From contig NW_019218229.1 in the NCBI RefSeq assembly GCF_002571385.2, forward strand, positions 122,257-186,256: a stretch of DNA of 64,000 bases, given 5' to 3'. Shown here one piece after another: positions 12,699-34,686 of the stretch (position 1 is the first letter of the stretch; each line of letters opens with the position of its first letter). The position numbers were made by a program, and so were the translations under genes. The DNA comes from Stylophora pistillata (lineage: Eukaryota). The notes beneath the pieces are model-generated. The model was not told the origin of the DNA. It made no database searches and saw only the letters and a list, made by a program, of their open reading frames with translations.

Positions 12699-15600
12699 AT
12701 GTCAGATAAGGAAGTTCACGAGCTTTCTATCTGCCCGATAACTTGCTTCAGTTTCAATAAGGACTGCAGTCGTAAGTTTTTACCGATTTATAAGTTTACT
12801 TCCGCTACAGCTGAAGCTAGTCTTGTCTTTATAATAATTACTATTTTGATGTCTTATGATGTTTTTTCTCGTGGCAGAGCTGGCCTTTTCTCCAAGTGAC
12901 AGCACCGTTCATATCTACAAGAGAGCTGGCAACAAATGGGTCAAAGAATGTGAACTGTCCGAGGTGCGGACGATGAATAGAAACATTAATCACAATCAGA
13001 TACGTGTCTGATCTAGCTGCTTAATCACTGAAGTTCTCTGTTGAATATTTTTCGGAAAAATTTCCGTCTAACCCCATACCAATCAAAACCAAAGCCGTAG
13101 TCACAAAGGAAATCTGTTGTTTTGCCTGTGCTTTCCTTTATCCAAGAACTGAATGCATAATCAAGTGTGGGGTTATACGGAATTGTTGCCAATTTTTCCT
13201 TTACAATCAACAGTGTTCATTCAGCCCTAGCTAGGCATGCAGTCGATCATTTTTAATAGGTTTTGCTACTTGCATACCTTGTTCTGAGCTTTTTCTTTTT
13301 TTTTTGCTTTCACTACAAATGAACTCCTCAGGTTTTTACAATTTTGAGCTTACTATGATTTTTATTTTGGTTAGCATGGTCAACGCGTGACAGGAATGGC
13401 TTGGGCCCCAACCAGTAACAGGCTTGTCACCTGTGGAGCGGTGAGTCTTCAGTTTAAAAAATGTCACGGAAATATATTAAAGCTAATGTTGTTTCTTACA
13501 CTTATCGGATCTAAAGTATTCTCATAACTTCCTATTGCATTGAAGTCTTTGTAACTAGTAATGACTCAGTCTGCAGAGTATAACCGAGTATGGTAAGTGC
13601 ATGCACAAGTTCTTTTTATAAGATTTATTTTGCATGCCCAAATTTCTGTAAAGTATTGCAAGTACAGTATCTTCATGATGGACACAGTTCTGGATTTTCA
13701 GCAGGCACACAGCTAAAAGATGGCTCTACCTGCTCAAGATATTGTTGAGTTCTGTAGCCATACTTTGCAGTCTGGGTAATGACCCGAGTGTGTGTTTGTG
13801 TGGCTAGGTGGTGTTTTGAGCCTCTGCTTGCAACACCACCTGCTAAGAATTTTCAATCTTGCATCAAAAAAATCATCTTGAATACTGTTGTCACCTTTAG
13901 GACAGAAATGCCTATGTATGGAACCTACAAGATGGCCAGTGGAAACCTATGCTTGTTATTTTGCGTATCAATCGTGCTGCAACCTGTGTCTGCTGGTCTC
14001 CTAAAGGTAACTATAGTCCTTTTTAGATTGCCTCTTATGCAACTGTAGTGAGCTATTATGGCAATTTGTTTTGGACATCCCAACATTCCTTGGGTAGGAA
14101 TTAGTACTTAAGATATATTTGTGATAGGCCTGTATGTGGGGTGAAATCAAATCTAACACATACCAATTACAGTTTAGTCAAGGTGGTAAAGTTATCAAAT
14201 GGTCTGTTGTGCAAGAATTATCTCATGAGATATTTTCATGAGTAGGCTTGCATATACAGAATAGGGAAGAAAATGAGTTTGTTACATCTAAGTTGCAGAT
14301 TATTAAAGTTAGAAGTGTGTAGCACAGCAGCAACTGAAAATCTTTAGGATCTGATAAGGCTATTTTTAGTCGTGTGGGTTCTAAAATAAAGTTTGTGTTA
14401 TTTTAAGAGGACAAGTTTGCTGTGGGAAGCAGTGCCCGTCTCATTTCAGTGTGCTATTTTGAAAAGGAAAATGACTGGTTAGTAATACAATACTCTCCAA
14501 TATTCCTACTCTTATTTATGAACTATTTGATCTTGTTTAGTGCAAGACACATAGCATTTTGCCAGTGCTTATATGTAGGTTAGTCAAACATTAAATTCAA
14601 TAACTATTGATTTCAAAGACTTTGTTCTGTGTAGGTGGGTCAGCAAGCACATCAAGAAGCCGATCCGTTCCACTGTCTTGTGGTAAGCTTTATTACCCAT
14701 TTTGTATCTTATATTATGGACAGCCCTTTCCATAGTATCTGAGAAAGCACCCAATAATAATCTGTGGAGTAATTAAGAACCATTCCCTTGTAAAAATAAA
14801 GCAAATGTTTTTGCAGGTTTGAGTTCTGGGAAAAATAATTGCAAATAGTTAAATGTACTGTGCATGGGTGACAATCAATGGCAAAAACATTTTATGTAAA
14901 TATCAAATTGGCAATGTTGTCAAGAACTAAAAAAGAAGTACTACAACAGCCCATTGTATAATGCTGTAATCAAGTGTTAATTTATTCAAGCGATCTGTAT
15001 ACCAATTGAAAGTAAATTAATTTTTTAACACCATAATGGATGTTTTTGTGTCTGATTATAATTTCTATAGTCTGGATTGGCATCCAAACAACTTATTGCT
15101 GGCTGCTGGTTCTTCTGACTTCAAGACGAGGTAGGCAAGATATCAAGAAGATTGCTAATCTTCCTAACTCTGATGGATTCATGGTAGAACTTGTGTTCAA
15201 CATTCACAATGAGTGTTTGGTGGTATGTGTATCAATTTGGTCTGGTCAATGTCTATGTGGATTATTTTGTGGAAAGCCTTACTTCCATCATTTGCTTGCA
15301 TAGGGTGTTTTCTGCTTTCATCAAGGAAGTTGATGGAAAGACTAATACTGACACCATTTGGGGAAAGAAATCCAGTTTTGGAGGTTGTTTGTCTGAGTTT
15401 TCTAATGGCAGAGGTTTGTATGCATGCAACAGTCTTGATTTTGGCCTGTAGTAAAGCATTTATTTCAGGTTGTTTTCTAGGTGAAGAGTATGCTCGGGTA
15501 GATTCTAAAGTTTGGTTGTTGTTTTGGCCTGGCACAGAATTTTTTAAGTTCAAAGCTTTTCAAAGCCATAAAGAAGTGCTTAAAACTACAGTTTGGGGTC

Positions 15601-17151
15601 TTTGTATAAATGTATGGTAACTGAATTTATTTTTTCCAAGCTAAGGTAACCATGATTGGAGATATCTGAATTTGGGAAGTGAAAGTGACATGAAAATTTA
15701 AAAAGATCACAAGATTTAGGTCCATTGATTTATCTCTATCTTTATTGCAGGTGGTTGGGTGCATGGAGTAAGTTTCTCTGCCTCAGGAAACAAACTTGCC
15801 TGGGTTGGTCATGATTCCAGCATCAGTGTGGTGAATGCTGCAAATGAATGCAAAATGGCAACTGTCAAAGGCAATTTCTTGCCTTTTGCAGCTTGTGTGT
15901 GGGTCACTGAAAACAGTATTGTGACTGCTGGTAATGTTTGCAAGTGATACCTTGCCTTATTTCAAAATATGGAACTTAAAAGAAAAGTTTTTGAGAGGGG
16001 AACAGACTGGAAAGTAGGTGGATGCAACTGTTGTAGGCGTACTCTGTCATCAGCTTATCAGTTGGACTGTGAATGCTTACAGTAGCGTCAAAATCTTACT
16101 TCGGACCCCAAGTTGTAGGGGAAAGAACTCTGAAATTTAGGTTGCTCTCAACTCTGCATCCGAAGGTCTATATTGAAGCTCTCCAATGTGTTTTAAACAT
16201 GGTTTGCATTTTGAGTCTCACAAACCTAGTAGATCACCAACTGCATGAGCTGCAAAGCCATTTTCTATGACACTCTAGGTGCTACGACACTCTATGACAC
16301 TCTAGGTTTCTATGACACTCTTGGTGCTCCTTGAGTGGGAAGGACTGCTACATGTTGTCTAATAATGGTTACTGGTATTCCAGCATTTTTGTGACTTTAG
16401 ATCAGACCCATTTGATCATTGCTAGTAAAAAGTAGTCTTCTTGCCATCAAAGTAGCTAGTTTTCCTTGGTCACCTTCCCTCAGGGCACTTGTCTTATGTA
16501 CAAGTAATTAGAAAAATTGCACCAAATTTCTTCAAGGTGTTCAAGTCTGTAATTTTACTCATCTATCATATGTGAATGTATAACAATAATATTGATTTCA
16601 GCAAACATCTTTCATTCCAGGGTATGACTACATCCCAATCTTGTTCAGCCATGATGACAATGATGCTCTGAGTGCAGGCCAGAAGCTGGATGTTCCTAAG
16701 AAAAAGGAATCCTCTGGAACTGTCAGTGCTATGGCTAAGTTCCGCACCATGGACAAACAAGCTCAGAGTGCTGATGACAGTGGATCTGGCACAGGAGTGC
16801 ACACCACCCACCAAAATGCCATCAAGTAAGAAATTCCTACAAATTTGTTTTCTTTGAAATGGTTTTAACCAGCTTGGGTACCACTTCAGCCATTGTCTCC
16901 ATTTCAGCACAGAGTGGGTGACAATAACTAAGCAAGAGTAATCATTAGGAACCAGTTCTATATGAGTGTTTCCTGTAGGTGATACCTCTCGTCTCACTCT
17001 CTTCATCAGGCAGGGATTTAGCAAGACTTTTAAGTAAAGGAGTTAAGTTTCTAAAGAAACTATGGTGCTGCATCAGTGGGGGTAACAAGGTAATTTGGTT
17101 ATATCAACTAAGTTGAAATTGTAAATTGGCCACTGTAAAGATTTAAAAAGC

Positions 17152-17184
<33 letters not shown>

Positions 17185-17917
17185 TTAACTATTTACAGTA
17201 GCCACTTTACAATTTCAACTTAGTTAATATAACCAAATTAACTTTTAGGTAGACAGTTTTGGCAGAGATATTTCTTCTGTCCTCTTTGAATCAAAGGGAG
17301 AAGGGGGCTTATTTTTGTGCTTTTATCAAAAGAGTAGTTCAATACAATTTAGAAAGTTGTTGCCATCCTTGTTGTTCCTTTTCTTAGTCAAGTGCAAATC
17401 TACAGTGGAACCAAGGCAGGTGCCACTAAGTTTGCAACATCTGGTGTTGATGGTCGTCTTGTCATTTGGGACGTGAAGGTAACTACAGCCACTCGTTACT
17501 TGCCATTGTATGTAGAATGCTAACCTGATCAATTCATTTCCTGCCATTCTTTCTTTTGGAAAGTTATACATTATATTATCCATGCACTTTAAGGCATTGC
17601 AGGGGGGCCAGAAAGCTCTGCTATTAGTTATTTAGGATGGTCAGCTTTGAAAGCTATTCGAAAAACTAATTAATACATTATGCAAGCTGCTCATTGGCTA
17701 AGGTAAACGCTATGGTACACTTGCTTGGCTACAGTATAATAATTAGTAATAATATTTCTTTACTTTGGAAGGATTATTTGGGTGTTCTGATAACGATCAA
17801 GAGAGTATTGGTCCATGATTTGTAATGATCCTATCGTTTTTGTTGTTTGTTTGTTTATTTATTTTTTTTTTTTTTCAGTCCCTGGAATCTTCCATTGCTG
17901 GTTTGAAGATTTCTTAG
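12699..17917 (+). CDS. ARPC1A: Actin-related protein 2/3 complex subunit 1 (p41-Arc, WD40), ~377 aa
   Basis: Exons 12699-12771, 12878-12963, 13375-13440, 13901-14006, 14408-14477, 14635-14682, 15071-15130, 15304-15413, 15751-15930, 16621-16825, 17388-17478, 17879-17917 (1134 nt). Motifs [73 protein letters not shown] at ~18041. Confidence 0.96.
16264..16328. repeat. Short degenerate tandem repeat (CTATGACACTCTAGGT-like)
   Basis: About 4 imperfect copies in ARPC1 intron 9. Confidence 0.6.
17039..17242. mobile_element. Penelope-like-element-derived fold-back repeat with a hammerhead-like core; a second copy in opposite orientation at ~23980-24187
   Basis: Arms TAATTTGGTTATATCAACTAAGTTGAAATTGTAAA... 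and ...TTTACAATTTCAACTTAGTTAATATAACCAAATTA surround CTGACGAAGGGCTAACGCTTGAAACGTCAGC. Both copies carry the GTTTCTAAAGAAACT motif. Confidence 0.6.
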
Positions 17918-18642
17918 ACGATGAGGAGATCAGTGGCTTGTTAGTAATGCATTACTACATTTGTGTCTGGAAAAACAAATTTCTGTTATAAAAGTTGGAA
18001 AGAGATGATTTTACCACAAATTGAAGTGGATCATCAAATCAATAAATGTTCTTTCATTTTCTAAAGTTAGTCGCCATTTGATAATTTCAATAAAATTTGC
18101 CAAACAACATAAGCGTTAAATAGTTTGGTTTTATCACTTGGATCGATGATATAAATAGGCCACAGCAAAGAGTTTCTAAAGCCGAGCGTTCGCCATAGAT
18201 GTGTTAGTAAAAATAAGGTATTTGTCCAAATAAATCTCGGGATAGGCCTGGATTTGGAGAAGAGCCAAGGGGTGCATGCCAAACGTGGCTGCCTATTCAT
18301 TTCCTCCTCAGACTACACAGTCGACTTCTTGAATAACGTTTAATCAATGCATATTTACAAATCGTACATTCCACAAAGACACGATGAGTGAACTACCCGT
18401 TCGCAAAACTTCGTGCTATCCCTAACCTTTTTCTGTCAATAGGACAACGTTCTTCTAAGTCATCCCGCGCAATCTCAAACAACGTTTTTCAAGAAAGGAC
18501 TTTGTCTGTTTTCGCTTACAATTTGAATCAGACTTTTTCGAACACGGTAAGAGCTTTAAAATTTACAGTTATGAAACTGAAAGACCACTGGAACTTTATC
18601 TGTACACATAATTTATATGACTTGGCCAGCCTCTTGGCTCGT

Positions 18643-28631
<9,989 letters not shown>

Positions 28632-28910
28632 TTTGACAACGGGATTTCTTGATAAGCTTTCCACAAAAATTTTTTTGAAATACAACGCGTTATAACTAAA
28701 TGGAACGATTAAGAGGTGTCTTTTAGGTCAAATATCTCCTACGAGGTTTGGTCGCTACGGCCGCCATGTTCTACCTTCGCAATCAGCCTCAAGATCATGA
28801 GGTGAAAACTTTACGCTCCCGGGTGGGGGAAAATTACTGAACCGATAGCACTTTACGGGAAGCTGAAGAAGGATATCAGCTTTGAATTGCCCCAAAAAGG
28901 GTTTAGGTGA
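28632..28910. promoter_or_regulatory. IFT56 promoter/5' region (copy 1 of the duplicated bidirectional promoter) with a dead WDR5-like 5' remnant
   Basis: Alignable to 36815-37090. YY1-type CCGCCATGTT at 28761-28770. Remnant 28869-28910 reads KDISFELPQKGFR* versus [13 protein letters not shown] in the live WD40 gene. Confidence 0.8.
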
Positions 28911-28939
28911 TGTTATCGAGGGAGGTAAAGACTTAATAT

Positions 28940-29274
28940 GTAATAGTTTATTGAAAAACCGACATCGCAGTCGTTAGGCTGAATTACACTGGTAATGCTA
29001 TGAAATATCAAATGAAAATTATAAATTTCTAGTTGAAGCCATATTGAAGGATTCTTAAAACGATCGGTACGATAGCAGGGTTCAATAAAGAGTCTGGTAT
29101 TTTTTAGTGGGTATCTCGTGTTAATATTGAAAGCTGGAAGTAGGTTGTATAACATGTGGTTTGGGGCGTTTACTGTGTTTACAAAGTTTCTCACATAAAA
29201 GTTGACGACGGCTAGCAAGAGATGTTAAGTTGGAAATTTCGAATCATTTGGTGTATGATAGACCAGGACCATTA
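28940..29274 (-). mobile_element. 3' end of a decayed non-LTR retrotransposon (ORF2 C-terminus plus 3' UTR)
   Basis: The minus strand translates, with a stop and a frameshift, as GPGLSY..EISNLTSLASRRQLLCEKL..NHMLYNLLP..RYPLKNTRLF..RTDRFKN, followed by an AATAAACTATTA tail. Confidence 0.7.
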
Positions 29275-29376
29275 TAATTAACAATTATTCCACTCTCGCT
29301 TGTTGGATATGAGATGATTATAGCCAACTCGGCGCTACGCGCCTTGTTGGCTATTTATCATCTCATATCCAACAAG
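29275..29376. mobile_element. Hairpin element (same family as 44958-45833), truncated by the gap
   Basis: TAATTAACAATTATTCCAC...GTTGGATATGAGATGA..ATAGCCAAC..loop..GTTGGCTAT..TCATCTCATATCCAACAAG; the loop is inverted relative to the 45 kb copies. Confidence 0.8.
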
Positions 29377-29678
29377 NNNNNNNNNNNNNNNNNNNNNNNN
29401 NNNNNNNNNNNNNNNNNNNNNNNNNNNNNNNNNNNNNNNNNNNNNNNNNNNNNNNNNNNNNNNNNNNNNNNNNNNNNNNNNNNNNNNNNNNNNNNNNNNN
29501 NNNNNNNNNNNNNNNNNNNNNNNNNNNNNNNNNNNNNNNNNNNNNNNNNNNNNNNNNNNNNNNNNNNNNNNNNNNNNNNNNNNNNNNNNNNNNNNNNNNN
29601 NNNNNNNNNNNNNNNNNNNNNNNNNNNNNNNNNNNNNNNNNNNNNNNNNNNNNNNNNNNNNNNNNNNNNNNNNNNNNN
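29377..29678. other. Assembly gap (302 N)
   Basis: Run of n in the sequence. Confidence 1.
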
Positions 29679-32257
29679 GTATGAAGTTGATATCTTGGCG
29701 TAACCAAATTCTCGTAACTGGTTAACAAGGAAATGTGTAGCAGCTAGAGGGGAGAATCAGATGTAGGGAGTTAAAGAGTTATCGATTGATTCAAAAACTT
29801 TTGTGTCATTTTCAGTTGTTGGTTTACTTATTCTTTTGAAGTATTTGCCAACCTCGAAACAGTTATCTTTCCTGTTTAAATATCCTATAATGAGTCTCTT
29901 GTTTTTTGGTATTTTTTGTTTTTGTTTTTTCGGTGACCGAAAAAGTTCAAAACTCGAATCAAATGAATTTCTTTGAGCCATCATTTTCTCTGAGACAAAC
30001 TGAGCAATGAGGTAGCGGCCTTTTGCCAAAGTTAAGCCAAAAAGGAACTTGAACTCACATAGGGTTTTGTTGCTTTAAGATATAAATCATTCTGACCTGC
30101 CTGAGTGCAAATGTTCAGCAATTTACCAGGACTGAAAGCAAAAACAATTTACTGTCTTTGGCATTCCTATCAAAGTTCCGTAGACTGTTGAATCTCCCAA
30201 ATGACATTTTGTCTTGTTTATGCGTCTCAAATCCTGTTAATCCTCATGGATTTACTAGGTTACGAAATGTCACTGGCAGAGGGTCGGGATTACATTTTGA
30301 GAAAAGAATATTTAACTCAGTATTTTCAACAGTAAGTTAAATGATCTGTTTTTACGCATAAACCAACACGACATTACCAATTTAAAGTGGTTAATCATTT
30401 CCTGCATATGTATATGTATAACCTGCTCTTTCTGATTTCGAACCATCCACTGAATGCTTCACGTCTTCTGCGCAACCGAGGAAAGTTTAGTTAAAAACAT
30501 GAAAAACTTTCCCATGTTCCCGCCAATAGCGAAGCTTCATTTCTCTTTTTTCTTTTATTTCGCAGGACGATCGAACGGAAGGGATGACAGCATTTGTAGA
30601 GAAACGAAAAGCCGACTTAACGGACAATTAGTCTGGGAAAGTTTAGGCAAGTGAAAGAATAGCAACAGCTCGTGTACAATAACGAGTGAGATGCAACGAA
30701 TACATCTTGGGTGCAGGGTGAATTTTAAAAAAAAAAGACTTAGTCAATAAAATTGAACGAAAATATAAAATAAGTTAAGTAGTGTCACAGTCATTTTTCG
30801 TTCGTTCGCTAGATCGTTCATCTGTTGCACGGATACCGCGGAGTATACCTTGGGACTGGGACGAGCATGGATTTAAGTTCCGCTGAGTTCGATATGTTAA
30901 TTAAGACTCGAGCCAAGAAAATTTTCTTGACACTTAGTTTTTGAAAGGACAAACAAAATTCACTAAGCCCCTATGGAAACGTATTAAAATAACTTTCCAC
31001 TCGTACGTGGTAAGGTCGTGCAACTAGCTCAAATCCGCGGAGAAATTGGTGTTGCCTGCACGCGTTTGGAAAATAGTTTTTTTTTCAGTCATTCTATTTT
31101 TAAGTTAGAGATACAAGAAAACACTCAGTGACTCGCACTACGGGACACAGTGCGTTTTGTTTCCCCTCTGTGCTGAATGGAAAGAGTACTCATTGTTCTG
31201 CCGGGGGTCGTCGTTCAGTCTTTATTATATCGAACGTGACAGGTGTTTGTATCGAAAGAAACCCTATTAGCAGGGTAGCTAGAGGAAAAAAAGATAAAAA
31301 AATATTTAGAGCATCAAAACAAATTTATATTTCTTATCCTGTCATCCTTCAATTTGATATTACTTACACAGATCAGAAAAAGAAACATATAAATGCATGT
31401 ACAGTAGAGCAGATCTACCTGCAAATTGTGACTCGTATATGTATGAGTTACTGGGTGGGAAGAAATGCTTTCAGTTTACCCTTCTGTGAAGAAAACACTT
31501 CCCGCAGCTCTATTTTAATAGACTAATAGAACTTTGAGTGTTTATTTATATGTCCAGAAAGTAGTTGAAGTTTCCCTCTGTGCCTGAGTAACCATCCCCC
31601 TACGGTTTGCTTGACCATTAACAATAAACCAACGGGAGTCAACACTTTATTTTAATAGAAGGCATGTTAAATGAAGGAGTTCTCAAGCTGTTGCTATTCA
31701 GTTATTTTCAGTGTTTTTTCAAGTTCATTCATAAATTATGAAGAGGTGATTAAACAATTTTGCAATAAATACGGGAAGAGTGGAAAGAAACTGAGTCGTT
31801 TCAAGGAGTAGGCAGGTTTTTCGATTTGGCGAAAATTGCCTAATTTACACTTCAAAAGAAGATTATTTCCTACCTTTGTCTAAAAAGGATATAAATCTTG
31901 GATATTTCCGCTCCGATAATACATTTGAATAAGAAGTATATAAAAAGGACCTTAAACAGAAGAAAAGTGGAGAAAAAGTCGGAAAGTGAAGGTAAGTGTG
32001 AGTGAGGAGCTCGCTATATTTACTTAATATCGAGTGAGTACCTTGTGCGAGCCAGTGGACAAGTTTTAGCCACAAGCAGCGGAAGATCCCCTTTCATGAC
32101 TCGATAGTTTAAAACTCCCTTGTATTCTTTCGCCAAGTTTAGACAAAAGATTGTGAACAAAACCTTAAATTTATAAACTATTTGTCGCATTAAAAAAGGA
32201 AAAAGGGCGACATCTGTCAACGTTTTTCTTTTTTTTTTTTTTTTCACAACTTACAGG

Positions 32258-32965
32258 ATGAAAGGGAATCTTGTTGGTTTCCTGTTCTGTCCTTGTCTGT
32301 TGAGTGGTGTTGCTGTAGTACTGGTGACAGTCAGTTCATCTCAGCAAACTGACCTGAAAAAGGAAGAAGTTTTCGAGAGAGTGGAAGGTAATGCGAGAAT
32401 GATACCTTCCAACACAAATTTTTTTTTTCTCGACGAGTTGTGAACGTGTTAGGCGAAAACTCACTTTATTCATGGTGCGAACTTAACAAAGGCCAACCGT
32501 CATAAAAGAGAGGTCGGTGCTGCTTAGCTCACGAATCTAGTGTTCTAAAGCTCAGTTGGTGGAAGATCGAGTAGCGAGATCAGGCGGTCTTTGTCCAATG
32601 ATCGTGCTACTTGTAAATGTCTTTCTTTACAGGAGGAGGTCTATGTAAGGGTGTGCTATTTCATTCGTGCTTTGCCGTTTCATTCATCGATATTTTCTGT
32701 GTTTCTTATTGATCCAGACTTTAGGCTTGTGGGACATGTCTTTAAAACTTTTATCGCTCACGAGTTCCAATGTGGATTACGATGCGTAAGAGACGGGAAA
32801 TGTTGGTCATACAATCATAATGGGGATAACTCTTGTGAAATGAATGACCAAACATGGCGTCTTAACCCGGTGGCCCTAATACCAGCCAATGGATTCACCT
32901 ATTATGAAAGAGGTAGGAATGAATCTGTACCCGATGGCATTAAGTTTTCACCATTTCGTTCCTAA
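32258..32965 (+). pseudogene. Truncated copy A of the PAN/apple plus fibrinogen-like gene (signal peptide and PAN domain only)
   Basis: Exons 32258-32387 and 32718-32912 match copy B. The ~1.5 kb holding exons 3-4 is absent (33128 joins the equivalent of 50875). Read-through stop at 32965. It may still encode a small secreted PAN protein. Confidence 0.7.
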
Positions 32966-33188
32966 GTTTGAAAAATTCTTCTTATTCCGTTTGTAAGCAA
33001 GTCACTCGATAGTTGTTTAATAATTTCTGGTTTCTTCTTTATCATCCTCGATGCTCTCACCTTGCGACTCGTACATCAATATTTTTTTGCTGCTTCAATC
33101 TCTTGTTTTGCAGTTCTCGTTTTGCAGCAATGTTAAAATGCAAGGTTTTTCATTACGATTTATCGTAGACGTGGTGAAATCTCTATTA

Positions 33189-33553
33189 GGGCCCTTAAGC
33201 AAACCACGACGGCGACGGCAACGAGAACGTGGAAAAACAAAAGATCTATTAGCAGAACAATAGCTCAGCACGTGCATTTTAAAAGTTAGTACATTTCTCC
33301 GCCGTCCTTTGCAAGACGATAACTAGAAATCAGCAAAATCTGCGTCCTCTGCGAACCGAAACCGCAGCGGCAAATTATTTTAATTTCCATATGTAACTCA
33401 ACGCTACTTTTAGACGTTATGTTGAGGTTGAGTTGTGGCGCCGTATGAAACGGTAAACACATGCAGCCATTTTCGAAATTCTAATTAAAAGTAGTAATTC
33501 ATTTTTTAATCGACATCTTCCTTGGCGTTGCCGTCCTGACTGATTAAGGTCCC
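33189..33553. mobile_element. 365 bp MITE (PIF/Harbinger-like, TWA flanks) present only in unit A
   Basis: TTA|GGGCCCTTAAGCAAACCACGACGGC ... GCCGTCCTGACTGATTAAGGTCCC|TAA; empty site in unit B at ~50930. Confidence 0.8.
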
Positions 33554-34405
33554 TAATATCACTCGGAAGCGAAAGTAATTAAATGAATCTCGGATCATTA
33601 TCAATAGCTGGGAACAGACCCTTACATAAAACTAGCATTACATTTCATTAAAACCTCCCTTAACATCTTACCATCGCAATAAACAACTGGGCACAGATTT
33701 CACATGGATGTGACATTTTAAGTTCAATATCAACATCTGGGCAAAGAATACACACTGTATGTAAAGAGTTACGATCAACACAAATGTTCAAATTTCCTCA
33801 AAGGTTTTCCCAGAAACGTCAAAAGTTGCGCATGCCCAGATTTCCCAAAAGACTTGCTATTCACTACACGTTCCTTATTTAGAATAAAGGGACACCAATC
33901 AGAAGTTCTCTTCCCGTGCTTGATGTATGACGTTTACATAGCTTCGTATCTTACTATTAGGGGTCATTTTGAGATATAGGTATGTGGAGTATATGCAGTT
34001 TTGTACTCGTATACAAGAAACTATACACAGTCTAGTTAGAACTTAAGTCACTCAGAAAATAACTCGCTAAGGATATTATGACAATGTAACATCTGCCTAA
34101 AGTGATTCAACGTGATGTAACATGATTCCTTAAATGGCCGTAACGATGACGTATATAATTTCAATCCTTACTGAATGTTCCCCTTAAAATAATTGGCACA
34201 GCGGGTTAAGTGCTAAAGTAGATTTAGAGATAAGTTAAGTATCTCTACAATGACTAAAGTTCCATAACAGATAAAGTTGTGTTGAAGAAGTAAATTACCC
34301 TATCATATTCACACAAAAGTCCCTTTACTTTGATTAGCTTTGATTTTGAGGAATTCATAGAAGGCACTTCACCAGTTACATGTGCTGACATTGGCAGCGA
34401 AAGTT

Positions 34406-34686
34406 ACAGTAGAATTGCAAAAGGGGCCCGGGATTTGTTTTTGATGTTTCAAACTGCTGATGAGTTTTTTTTTCTTAAAGAATTTATCTTTGCCCTATTT
34501 ATTTGGGCATTTTCCAAAAACCATCTTGAATGTGTACAAGAGATTATAATCTCTTGTACACATTCAAGATGGTTTTTGGAAAATGCCCAAATAAATAGGG
34601 CAAAGATAAATTCTTTTAAAAAAAAAACTCATCAGCTGTTTGAAACATCAAAAACAAATCCCGGGCCCCTTTTGCAATTCTACTGT
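34406..34686. repeat. Near-perfect spacerless 281 bp palindrome
   Basis: Arms of ~140 bp centred on AGATTA|TAATCT (34546/34547), with only a few mismatches. Confidence 0.95.

Noticed and set aside
15040-17583. Multiple overlapping or antisense ORFs within ARPC1
   Set aside because: They are off-frame or antisense shadows of true exons extended into introns.
29314-29728. ORFs spanning the N run
   Set aside because: Artefacts of translating the assembly gap.
31128-32247. ORFs conserved between units (31128/47377, 31863/48118, 32020/48275)
   Set aside because: The conservation reflects the recent duplication only; no domain or splice support, and the region is upstream/5' UTR-intron of the PAN gene.
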